The notes under the pieces: generated by a model
The model's database searches: none
Seen by the model: only the letters and a program-made list of their open reading frames with translations
Told to the model about the DNA's origin: nothing
Program-made: the position numbers and the translations under genes
Source of the DNA: Oscillatoria salina IIICB1
Lineage (GTDB): Bacteria > Cyanobacteriota > Cyanobacteriia > Cyanobacteriales > SIO1D9
DNA: 32,000 bases
Assembly: GCF_020144665.1 (NCBI RefSeq)
Contig: NZ_JAAHBQ010000024.1
Coordinates: 8,784-40,783 of the forward strand
Reading direction: 5' to 3'
Shown here: in pieces, positions 1 to 7,399 of the stretch
How the letters are laid out: every line of letters starts with the position of its first letter
Position numbering within the stretch: the first letter of the stretch is position 1

Positions 1-1
1 G

Positions 2-463
2 GCTTCTGCTGTGAGTCATGATTATCAAGATTTAGAAGATTTATGTCAAGGATTCTTGAATAAACCGATTAGCCGCTCCCAACTAGTGAAACAGTTAGAA
101 ACTATTTTGCCCCAAAAAGAAAATTATTCTTACCACAAAAAGCCAAATTTGTCAAAAGAAATTCCGGAAGAAATAAGTGAAATAAATACAGAAAACCTCG
201 ACGAACTAATTGCACTCTTGCGGCAAGAAGAAGAGACAGTTTGGCAAGAGTTGCGACAGAAAATGAAAAGACGAGACCTGCGTGCTTTTGCCCAACGTTT
301 GCACTCACTAGCCAGAGAATACCACAGCCGAGTGTTATTAAGTTATGCTACAACCTTAGAAACTCAACTTGCTAACTTTGACTGGAAGCATCTACCAGAG
401 ACGATCGAAGAGTATCCACAAATTTGGCGATCGCTGTCTTCAGTTACAAAGAATGAAAAATAA
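2..463 (+). CDS. 3' end of a signalling protein (end of a receiver domain plus an Hpt-like helical module), truncated by the window edge
   Basis: The frame is open from base 2, with no stop upstream of the GTG at 11; stop TAA at 461-463. 'GFLNKPISRSQLVKQLETIL' looks like the last strand/helix of a receiver domain. 'RAFAQRLHSLAREYHSRVL' resembles the His-containing helix of an Hpt domain. Same strand as the next sensor gene and 72 nt upstream of it. Confidence 0.5.
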   Translation, partial: ASAVSHDYQDLEDLCQGFLNKPISRSQLVKQLETILPQKENYSYHKKPNLSKEIPEEISEINTENLDELIALLRQEEETVWQELRQKMKRRDLRAFAQRLHSLAREYHSRVLLSYATTLETQLANFDWKHLPETIEEYPQIWRSLSSVTKNEK

Positions 464-535
464 ACAAAGAACCAGGGAGAATAAACAAGGAACGAATGAT
501 AATAAAAAATAGACGACTCCATCTAGTAACTTCCA

Positions 536-3031
536 ATGAAATCATTTCACCCCGAAAAATTCCTGATCTTAGTCGTAGACGATATCCATCAGAACCTGAT
601 TGTAATTGGTAATATGCTCGAACAAGCAGGTTACGAAACTACATTTGCTACTCACGGAGAGCAAGCCCTAGGGCGCGTAGCGAGCGCAAAGCCAGACTTA
701 ATTTTGCTCGATTTCATGATGCCAGACATGAATGGGATTGAAGTCTGTCAAAAGTTAAAAGCTAATCCCCAACACTGCGAAATTCCGGTTATTTTCCTCA
801 CCGCCAGTAACGAGCAAGAAGATTTAGTAGAAGCATTTGAAAGTGGAGCCGCAGATTATATCTGTAAGCCCTTTCGTTCCTCAGAGGTACTGGCGAGAAT
901 CAAAACCCACCTGAATAACCGTAATTTGCAAAAAGCCTTAGAGAAACAAAAAAACGAGCTAGAGAAACAAATCGAAGATCGTCTGGCGGCAGAAGCACGA
1001 CTCCGAATCGTGGAGCGAGCGATCGCGGCTTCTAGTAATGGAATTTTTGTCACTGATGCTCGCAGACCAAGTCAGCCAATAATTTACGTGAATTCAGGTT
1101 TTGAGCGGATGACAGGTTATACAGAAGCCGAGATAATTGGCAAAAATTTGCGCTTTTTACAGACAATTGAAACTGAAAAAGTTGCTCAACTCGAACAAGC
1201 CATGCAAGTAGGGAAAGATTATGACCTAGAACTACAAATTTTTCACAAAGACGGGACTTTATTTTGGAGCGAATTAAGTCTTTCTCCAGTCTACGATCGC
1301 GAAGGTAACTTAACTAACTTTATTGGCGTCCAGGTAGATATCACCGAGCGCAAATTTGCTGAGTTAGAACTGCAACAGGCAAAAGAAGCAGCAGAAGCCG
1401 CTAACCGAGCCAAAAGTGCCTTCTTAGCCAATATGAGCCACGAATTACGCACGCCGTTAAATGCGATTATCGGCTTTGCCCAATTGCTACGGCGCGATTG
1501 CCAACTAAGTTTGAAACAGCAAGAAAACCTCCGCACGATCGCTAGCAGTGGCGAACATTTGCTGAATTTAATTAACGACATTTTGGACTTATCAAAAATT
1601 GAAGCGGGACGCATTAATCTCAATAAAACCAACTTTAATTTACGGCAAATGCTAGAGGAACTGCGAGAAATGTTCCAGCTAAGAGCGAGACAAAAAGGTT
1701 TGCAGTTAAAATTCAACCTAGCCCCGAATTTGCCTGTGGGGATCGATAGCGATCGCGTCAAGCTGCGCCAAGTGTTAATTAACTTGCTGGGTAATGCTGT
1801 CAAATTTACTCAGGTTGGTGAGGTGAGTTTAACCGTGGAAAGCTTTCCCGCCAGGTTATTAGAGAATTACAAGCAAACAGAGAAGGATGTAGCGATCGTC
1901 TGTACAGTGCGGGATACTGGAGTTGGTATTGCTGGCGATGAATTAGAAAATTTATTTAATCCTTTTGTGCAGACTAAATCTAGTCTTAACAGTAACGAAG
2001 GAACCGGTTTGGGTTTAGCAATTTCTCGCAAATACGTTCAACTGCTCGGCGGTGATATCCAAGTTATTTCCGAAGAAGGAAAAGGCTCGATTTTTAGATT
2101 TCAGATAATCGTTACTCCAGTAGAAAAAGAAAGGATTGAAACAAAAACTTTCTCTCGGAAGGTACTTGCTCTGGCTCCCAATCAACCTCAAACTAAGATT
2201 TTAGTAGTAGACGATCGAGCTACAAACCGTCAATTGCTAGTGCAGTTACTCAGCGAAGTCGGTTTTCAAGTTCAAGAAGCAGCAAATGGAGAAGAAGCAA
2301 TAGCTTGTTGGCAAAAATATTCTCCAGATCTAATTTTTATGGATATGCGAATGCCCGTCATGGATGGCTACGCAGCAACCAGAAAAATCAAACAACAAGC
2401 AGTGGAAAATTTGGCAAATAAGCACTCTTCAGTCAAAATTATTGCCCTGACAGCGAGTGCCTTTGAGGAAGAGAAAAGTTCGATCTTAGCCGCCGGGTGC
2501 GATGATATTATTTACAAGCCATTCCCCGAAGCAATTATGTTTGAAAAAATCGCTCAACATTTACAAGTTAGTTATCTTTACGAAGATAACTTTGAGACAA
2601 AAGAGCTAGCGAGTGAGTCAAATCAGATCGATTTTAGCGCTTTGCAAGCATTGCCCGAAGCTTGGTTAGGGGAAATAGAGGAAGCAGCGATCGCGTTAGA
2701 CGAACCTAAACTAATTAAGGCGATCGAAAAAATCCAACTTCAAAATCCCCGTTTAGCTCTGGCGCTGCAAACTTATATCAACAATTTTGAATACCATAAA
2801 ATTTTAGCAGCAATTACCGCTAACAACTCAGCAAACTCTAATAGAGGATCGAATTTACCTAACGATGAATGGATTGCCAATCTCAAAGAAGCAATTTGCG
2901 GCGCTGATTTCGAGACAATTGGCAACTTAATCGCACAAATTAAGCAGGAAAATGTAACTTTAGCTCAACGCCTTCAAGTATATCTGGATAATTTCGAGTA
3001 CGAAAAAATCTTAACGGCGATAAATGAGTAA
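536..3031 (+). CDS. Hybrid sensor histidine kinase: REC - coiled coil - LOV-type PAS - HisKA - HATPase_c - REC - two C-terminal helical repeats
   Basis: 831-aa ORF. N-terminal receiver ('LILVVDD...LILLDFMMPDMNG...KPF'). LOV-like PAS ('IIYVNSGFERMTGYTEAEIIGKNLRFLQ...FHKDGTLFW...FIGVQVDITERK'). H-box 'SHELRTPLNAI', N-box 'LINLLGNAVKFT', G-boxes 'DTGVGI' and 'GTGLGLAI'. Second receiver ('ILVVDD...LIFMDMRMPVMDG...KPF'). Two ~55-aa repeats end in 'NNFEYHKILAAI' and 'DNFEYEKILTAI'. Confidence 0.9.
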   Translation: MKSFHPEKFLILVVDDIHQNLIVIGNMLEQAGYETTFATHGEQALGRVASAKPDLILLDFMMPDMNGIEVCQKLKANPQHCEIPVIFLTASNEQEDLVEAFESGAADYICKPFRSSEVLARIKTHLNNRNLQKALEKQKNELEKQIEDRLAAEARLRIVERAIAASSNGIFVTDARRPSQPIIYVNSGFERMTGYTEAEIIGKNLRFLQTIETEKVAQLEQAMQVGKDYDLELQIFHKDGTLFWSELSLSPVYDREGNLTNFIGVQVDITERKFAELELQQAKEAAEAANRAKSAFLANMSHELRTPLNAIIGFAQLLRRDCQLSLKQQENLRTIASSGEHLLNLINDILDLSKIEAGRINLNKTNFNLRQMLEELREMFQLRARQKGLQLKFNLAPNLPVGIDSDRVKLRQVLINLLGNAVKFTQVGEVSLTVESFPARLLENYKQTEKDVAIVCTVRDTGVGIAGDELENLFNPFVQTKSSLNSNEGTGLGLAISRKYVQLLGGDIQVISEEGKGSIFRFQIIVTPVEKERIETKTFSRKVLALAPNQPQTKILVVDDRATNRQLLVQLLSEVGFQVQEAANGEEAIACWQKYSPDLIFMDMRMPVMDGYAATRKIKQQAVENLANKHSSVKIIALTASAFEEEKSSILAAGCDDIIYKPFPEAIMFEKIAQHLQVSYLYEDNFETKELASESNQIDFSALQALPEAWLGEIEEAAIALDEPKLIKAIEKIQLQNPRLALALQTYINNFEYHKILAAITANNSANSNRGSNLPNDEWIANLKEAICGADFETIGNLIAQIKQENVTLAQRLQVYLDNFEYEKILTAINE

Positions 3032-3079
3032 ATTAGGGAGACAATAAAGAGAGAAAATAACTAGTAAGCAACAGCAACT

Positions 3080-5005
3080 ATGAACAATGAAGACAACTCA
3101 ACCAAACTAGGTGATGATTTTGCTCGAAAAACAACTGAGCGTTTGAGGGCAGATATTTTGGTAGTAGACGATACGCCAGCTAACTTGCGCTTGCTAGTTA
3201 CTTGTTTGCGACAAAAAGGCTACAAAGTGCGACCTGTAACTGATGGGTATGCAGCTTTAAAAGCAGTGCAGCATTTTCAACCTGACTTAATTTTATTAGA
3301 TATTTTGATGCCTAATCTCAACGGTTATCAGGTTTGCGAACAACTGAAAGCTAACCCAGAGACAAAAGAAATTCCGATTATTTTTCTCAGTGCGCTCAAT
3401 GAAGCCTTAGATAAAGCTAAAGGTTTTCAAGTTGGTGGGGTAGATTATATTACTAAACCTTTCCAAATTGAAGAAGTCTTAGCTAGAGTTAAAAATCACA
3501 TTTACCAGCGTTTATTGCAAAAACAATTACGAGAACAAGCCCAAATTCTTCAAAAACAAAATCAACGATTGCAAGCCACAATTCGCGAAAGTAAGTTGTT
3601 AGAAGAAAAGTTGTTGGCTGCGGAGAAAAAAATGCGTGGCGTATTTGAAGCAATGACGGATATTGTGATTGTTGTGAATTTCCAAGCAAACCAAGTTGGT
3701 AACATCGATATTTTACCAACTAATGCAGTTTGCATCGATGCGTCGAGTACGGATATTATTAATCAAACCATCGAACAATTTTTTCAACCAGAAACTGCTA
3801 GCCCGTGGTTGAGTATTTTTCAGCAAGTTTTAACCACCAAGCAAACCAATCATTTAGATTACAGTATTGAAACTGAGGAAAAATTAGTTTGGTTAGCCGC
3901 CGCAATTTCGCCCTTTGACGAAGAATCAGTAATTTTAGCAGCGCGAGATATTAGCGATCGCAAACAAGCAGAATCAGCTTTACGCATCGCCGAACAAAGA
4001 TATCACAGTATTGTCGAAAACGCGATCGACGGCATTTTTCAATCGACTCCTGAAGGACACTATCTTAACGTTAATCCCGCATTAGCCAGGATTTACGGCT
4101 ACAAGTCTCCTCAAGAATTAATTCAAAGTGTGGAGAATATCGATCGGCAAATCTATGTCGATCCTAACTCTCGCGAAGAATTTAAAGCCGCGATCGCCGC
4201 TAATAATTCTGTTTCCGGCTTTGAATCTCAAGTTTATCGTCGAGATGGTAGCATTATCTGGATTTCGGAAACTGCCCGTGCGGTTAAAAATGATACAGGC
4301 AAGCTATTATACTACGAAGGCATTGTTTCCGACATTACCGAACGTAAACTAGCTCAAAAAGCCTTAGAACTGCAAAAAGCACAAACCGAACAACTACTAC
4401 TCAATATTTTACCTCAGCCGATCGCCGATCGCCTGAAAACTGGTGAAAGTCCGATCGCCGATCAATTTGAAGAAGTTAGCGTCCTTTTTGCAGATTTAGT
4501 CGGATTTACCCAATTTTCTGCCCAAAAAAAACCTACTGAGTTACTAGAATTTTTGAATGAAATTTTTTCCGAATTTGACCAACTAGCCTCTAACCACAGC
4601 TTAGAAAAAATCAAAACCATCGGCGACGCATACATGGTAGTTGGTGGTTTACCCATTCCTCGCCCTGATGCTACTGCCGCGATCGCCAAAATGGCACTCG
4701 ATATGCAATCTTTTTTAGCTGATTTTAACCTTAAAAAACAACAAAACTTCAGTTTGCGAATTGGTATTCATACAGGCGCTGTCGTCGCTGGCGTGATTGG
4801 GATGAGTAAGTTTATTTACGATCTTTGGGGCGATACGGTTAATATTGCTTCTCGCATGGAATCTAGCGGAATCCCAGGAAAAATTCAAGTAACTTCTGCT
4901 GTTTACGAACGCTTAAAAACACAATTCAACTTTGAACAACGAGGCAAAATTTCCGTTAAAGGTAAAGGCGAAATGCTTACTTATTTGCTGATCGATCGAC
5001 TTTAA
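3080..5005 (+). CDS. Response-regulator receiver - PAS - class III adenylate/guanylate cyclase
   Basis: 641-aa ORF. Receiver ('ILVVDD...LILLDILMPNLNG...KPF'), coiled coil, PAS ('AEQRYHSIVENAIDGIF...YRRDGSIIW...GIVSDITERK'). Cyclase homology domain motifs 'VSVLFADLVGFT', 'KTIGDAYMVVGG', 'RIGIHTGAVVAGVIG', 'YDLWGDTVNIASRMES'. Confidence 0.9.
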   Translation: MNNEDNSTKLGDDFARKTTERLRADILVVDDTPANLRLLVTCLRQKGYKVRPVTDGYAALKAVQHFQPDLILLDILMPNLNGYQVCEQLKANPETKEIPIIFLSALNEALDKAKGFQVGGVDYITKPFQIEEVLARVKNHIYQRLLQKQLREQAQILQKQNQRLQATIRESKLLEEKLLAAEKKMRGVFEAMTDIVIVVNFQANQVGNIDILPTNAVCIDASSTDIINQTIEQFFQPETASPWLSIFQQVLTTKQTNHLDYSIETEEKLVWLAAAISPFDEESVILAARDISDRKQAESALRIAEQRYHSIVENAIDGIFQSTPEGHYLNVNPALARIYGYKSPQELIQSVENIDRQIYVDPNSREEFKAAIAANNSVSGFESQVYRRDGSIIWISETARAVKNDTGKLLYYEGIVSDITERKLAQKALELQKAQTEQLLLNILPQPIADRLKTGESPIADQFEEVSVLFADLVGFTQFSAQKKPTELLEFLNEIFSEFDQLASNHSLEKIKTIGDAYMVVGGLPIPRPDATAAIAKMALDMQSFLADFNLKKQQNFSLRIGIHTGAVVAGVIGMSKFIYDLWGDTVNIASRMESSGIPGKIQVTSAVYERLKTQFNFEQRGKISVKGKGEMLTYLLIDRL

Positions 5006-5091
5006 TTTTTGCTAACAGTTAGCACGTAGCCGCATTTACCAGTTCTCAGCGACCAGTTTATTCGCTAATTGCTTGTTGTCTCCAATCTCTA

Positions 5092-5308
5092 CTGATAACT
5101 GAAAACCGATCCCTGATAACTGAAAACCGATCCCTGATAACTGAAAACTGATAACCGATCCCTAATAACTGAAAACTGAAAACCGATCCCTGATAACTGA
5201 AAACTGAAAACCGATCCCTGATAACTGATAACTGATAACTGATAACTGATAACTGATAACTGATAACTGATAACTGATAACTGATAACTGATAACTGATA
5301 ACTGATAA
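5092..5308. repeat. 31 in-phase heptanucleotide tandem repeats (STRR-like): 18 mixed CTGATAA/CTGAAAA/CCGATCC units, then 13 perfect CTGATAA
   Basis: Counted directly. Heptamers start at 5092. The perfect (CTGATAA)13 tract runs 5218-5308. The repeat lies between the convergent stops of the cyclase gene (5005) and the J-domain gene (5328). Confidence 0.95.
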
Positions 5309-5327
5309 CCATCTCTGCCAATTCCTC

Positions 5328-6458
5328 TTAACGATAAATCCTGGGAACGATCAACTTTCGCAAAACTTGAAGTAACGAATGTAAATAATTTTTCTTAATA
5401 GCTTTGTTTTCAACTACTTGGGCAGCATAAATTAATTTATAATCTTCGTAAGCTACATTAATTCGTGAAGTTGCTTCCGTTGCTTTGGGATGGCGATTTA
5501 GGTCAGGATGCCACTTTCTAATTAATTTTTTATAAGCAGTTTCAACTTGGAGATGGTTAGCATTTGCTTTTACTCCTAAAACTGTCCACCAAGGAGAATT
5601 TTCCTGAAGAATGAGTTCTAATTCTTTGAGATTATGAATAGTAACTTTTGGGATTGTGGTTGAGTTATTTAAACTAGAAATTAGTTGTTCGGCTTGAGGA
5701 AAAAGAACTTTTGCCGGTATATCTGCCACCGGACAAGCAAAAGCACTTGTTAGTTGACAAACTTGACCAGTGAAAGCAGTAGCAGGTGTATCTTCCCAGC
5801 AACAAGCAAAAGGAGACAGCAGAGGAGACATTAATTGGTAAGCTTGACCTTTTAAGGAACTAATAGGTGCATCTTCCCAAGGACAAGCAAAAGGAGACAG
5901 CAGAGGAGACATTAATTGGTAAGCTTGACCTTTTAAGGAACTAATAGGTGCATCTTCCCAAGGACAAGCGAAATCAGACATTAATTGGTAGAATTGACCT
6001 TTTAACGCTGTTGCTGGTGCATCTTCCAAGCGACAAGCCAAAGGAGACATCAAAGGAGACATCAATTGGTAAGCTTGACCTTTTAACGCTGTTGCTGGTG
6101 CATCTTCCAAGCGACAAGCCAAAGGAGACATTAACGCGATCGCCAGTTGGTAGAATTGACCTGTTAACGCTGTTGCTGGTGCATCCTCCCAAAGACAAGC
6201 CAAAGGAGACATTAACGCGATCGCCAGTTGGTAGAATTGACCTGTTAACGCTGTTGCTGGTGCATCCTCTAACCCACAAGCAAACTCAAAAAATTCTCCT
6301 GTAAGTCTCAGCTTTGACTCACCAGTTGAAGTTAATCCTAGTTGAGTGACGATCTTCGGCTGCGATCGCGATCGCCCAGTTAAGGCTACAGATGCACCAC
6401 AAAAACAGAAACCGAATAAGAATAGAGCTAGCAGCAACTCCTCAATTGTGGCAATCAT
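5328..6458 (-). CDS. Membrane-anchored J-domain (DnaJ-like) protein with an internal tandem-repeat region
   Basis: C-terminal J domain 'WWTVLGVKANANHLQVETAYKKLIRKWHPDLN...AYEDYKLIY' with an HPD motif. N-terminal hydrophobic segment 'LLLALFLFGFCFCGASVAL'. About 7 repeats of 'AC(P/R)(W/L)EDAP(A/I)(T/S)(A/S)L(K/T)GQ(A/F)YQL...MSPL'. I prefer the ATG at 6458 (GAGGAG 9 nt upstream) to the TTG at 6485 used in the ORF track. Confidence 0.75.
   Translation of the reverse strand: MIATIEELLLALFLFGFCFCGASVALTGRSRSQPKIVTQLGLTSTGESKLRLTGEFFEFACGLEDAPATALTGQFYQLAIALMSPLACLWEDAPATALTGQFYQLAIALMSPLACRLEDAPATALKGQAYQLMSPLMSPLACRLEDAPATALKGQFYQLMSDFACPWEDAPISSLKGQAYQLMSPLLSPFACPWEDAPISSLKGQAYQLMSPLLSPFACCWEDTPATAFTGQVCQLTSAFACPVADIPAKVLFPQAEQLISSLNNSTTIPKVTIHNLKELELILQENSPWWTVLGVKANANHLQVETAYKKLIRKWHPDLNRHPKATEATSRINVAYEDYKLIYAAQVVENKAIKKNYLHSLLQVLRKLIVPRIYR
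5740..6290 (-). repeat. Coding tandem repeats of 69-81 nt inside the J-domain gene
   Basis: For example, the unit starting at 5827 recurs at 5908 (81 nt period) and at 5977 (69 nt period). Further diverged copies continue to about 6290. All unit lengths are multiples of 3. Confidence 0.85.
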
Positions 6459-6614
6459 TTCGACGCTCCTCTGACTGTTAGCCAAGTTTCCACCCCCAAT
6501 AATTATCGGACACAGTGGGTCAAAAAAGAAGAAATTTGTAACAGAATAGAAACTATTGGGTGATTGGGGAGTGGGGCGATCGGTTACCAGTGAGCAGGTA
6601 AACGACTACCGACA

Positions 6615-6650
6615 AGAAAAAACTCCTAGTCCGTAATGAGCAACTAGGAG
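6615..6650 (-). terminator. Intrinsic-terminator-like hairpin on the minus strand with no annotated gene upstream
   Basis: Perfect 8-bp stem CTCCTAGT (6623-6630) / ACTAGGAG (6643-6650) with a 12-nt loop. On the minus strand it is followed immediately by UUUUUUCUUG (complement of 6613-6622). Confidence 0.4.
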
Positions 6651-7038
6651 ATCGAGAAAAAGATAAAAAGTAGGTTAGGTCTATCTACACTTCAACTTCA
6701 GTGATGTTATTTACAGAATTTCAGCTTAATCTCCCTAAATAAAGCATTTTAGTGAGATATTTTTCTGACTTAAATCGATTAGTTAAAATAAGATTATTTC
6801 GAGCAAGCATTTATTTTTAGCCAGAAAAATATTTTATTGGTTTAAACTCGCTCTAACTTTAGTTAGATGACAATCGTTCGTCGTCTGTTGGGTAGATTTT
6901 TCAAGAAATTATTCTTTCTTTAGATACAGGAGAGCCAACAAAAGTTTACGGCTAGAGAGCGATTAAAAGCAAGCTGAATTTTTTCTAGGATGATAATAGA
7001 TAGTTAAAGAAAAAATAGTCAAGATAGGAAATTACAAT

Positions 7039-7341
7039 ATGAAACTTTCTAATTTATCTAAGTTAGCCGGAGCTAGTCTCTTAGCTGCTAGTTTAGCAGT
7101 TTTCCCGGCGATTTCTCCCGCTCAGGCACAAATCGATCCAGAACCAGAGATTTATGACGATGAATTGTATGATGAAGGATACTATGACGATGACTTTGAC
7201 TGGGGCTGGCTGGGTTTGTTTGGTTTAATTGGATTAGCTGGTTTGGCTGGTCGCAAAAAGCGTAAAGAAACTGTTTATAATGATCCTGTAGTTGGCGATC
7301 GCGAAGTGACGACTACTAATTATCCTGATTATCGTCGGTAA
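7039..7341 (+). CDS. Small secreted/anchored protein with a WGxxGxxG-type glycine-zipper segment
   Basis: Signal peptide 'MKLSNLSKLAGASLLAASLAVFPAISPAQA', acidic D/E/Y-rich stretch, then 'DWGWLGLFGLIGLAGLAGRKKRKE' (hydrophobic G-rich helix plus basic stop-transfer). AGGAAA lies 8 nt upstream of the ATG. Confidence 0.7.
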   Translation: MKLSNLSKLAGASLLAASLAVFPAISPAQAQIDPEPEIYDDELYDEGYYDDDFDWGWLGLFGLIGLAGLAGRKKRKETVYNDPVVGDREVTTTNYPDYRR

Positions 7342-7364
7342 TTAATTGGTCTGACAACTCTAAG

Positions 7365-7392
7365 AATAGACGCGCATCAATTCGCGTCTATT
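7365..7392. terminator. Hairpin between convergent genes (possible bidirectional terminator)
   Basis: AATAGACGCG (7365-7374) / CGCGTCTATT (7383-7392), a 10-bp stem with an 8-nt loop, followed by TTGATTTG. It sits between the stop at 7341 (+) and the stop at 7400 (-). Confidence 0.5.
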
Positions 7393-7399
7393 TGATTTG

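Noticed and set aside
102-4689. Several 65-170-aa antisense or alternate-frame ORFs inside the sensor kinase and cyclase genes (e.g. 1291-1803 minus, 3489-3719 minus, 4128-4352 plus)
   Set aside because: They lie fully within long ORFs that have clear domain motifs, and they have no motifs or start signals of their own.
5010-5024. Hairpin TGCTAA-CAG-TTAGCA after the cyclase gene as a terminator
   Set aside because: It has only a 6-bp AT-rich stem with a 3-nt loop and no U-tract. This is too weak to call.
5058-5321. 87-aa minus-strand ORF ('VISYQLSVISYQLS...')
   Set aside because: It is simply the translation of the heptamer tandem repeat, which as a 7-nt unit cycles through all frames. It has no start context and lies in a convergent intergenic gap.
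5948-6304. 118-aa plus-strand and 101-aa minus-strand ORFs overlapping the J-domain gene
   Set aside because: These are alternative-frame and antisense readings of the 69-81-nt coding repeats. The repeat periodicity keeps several frames open, and only the frame ending in a J domain has recognisable features.
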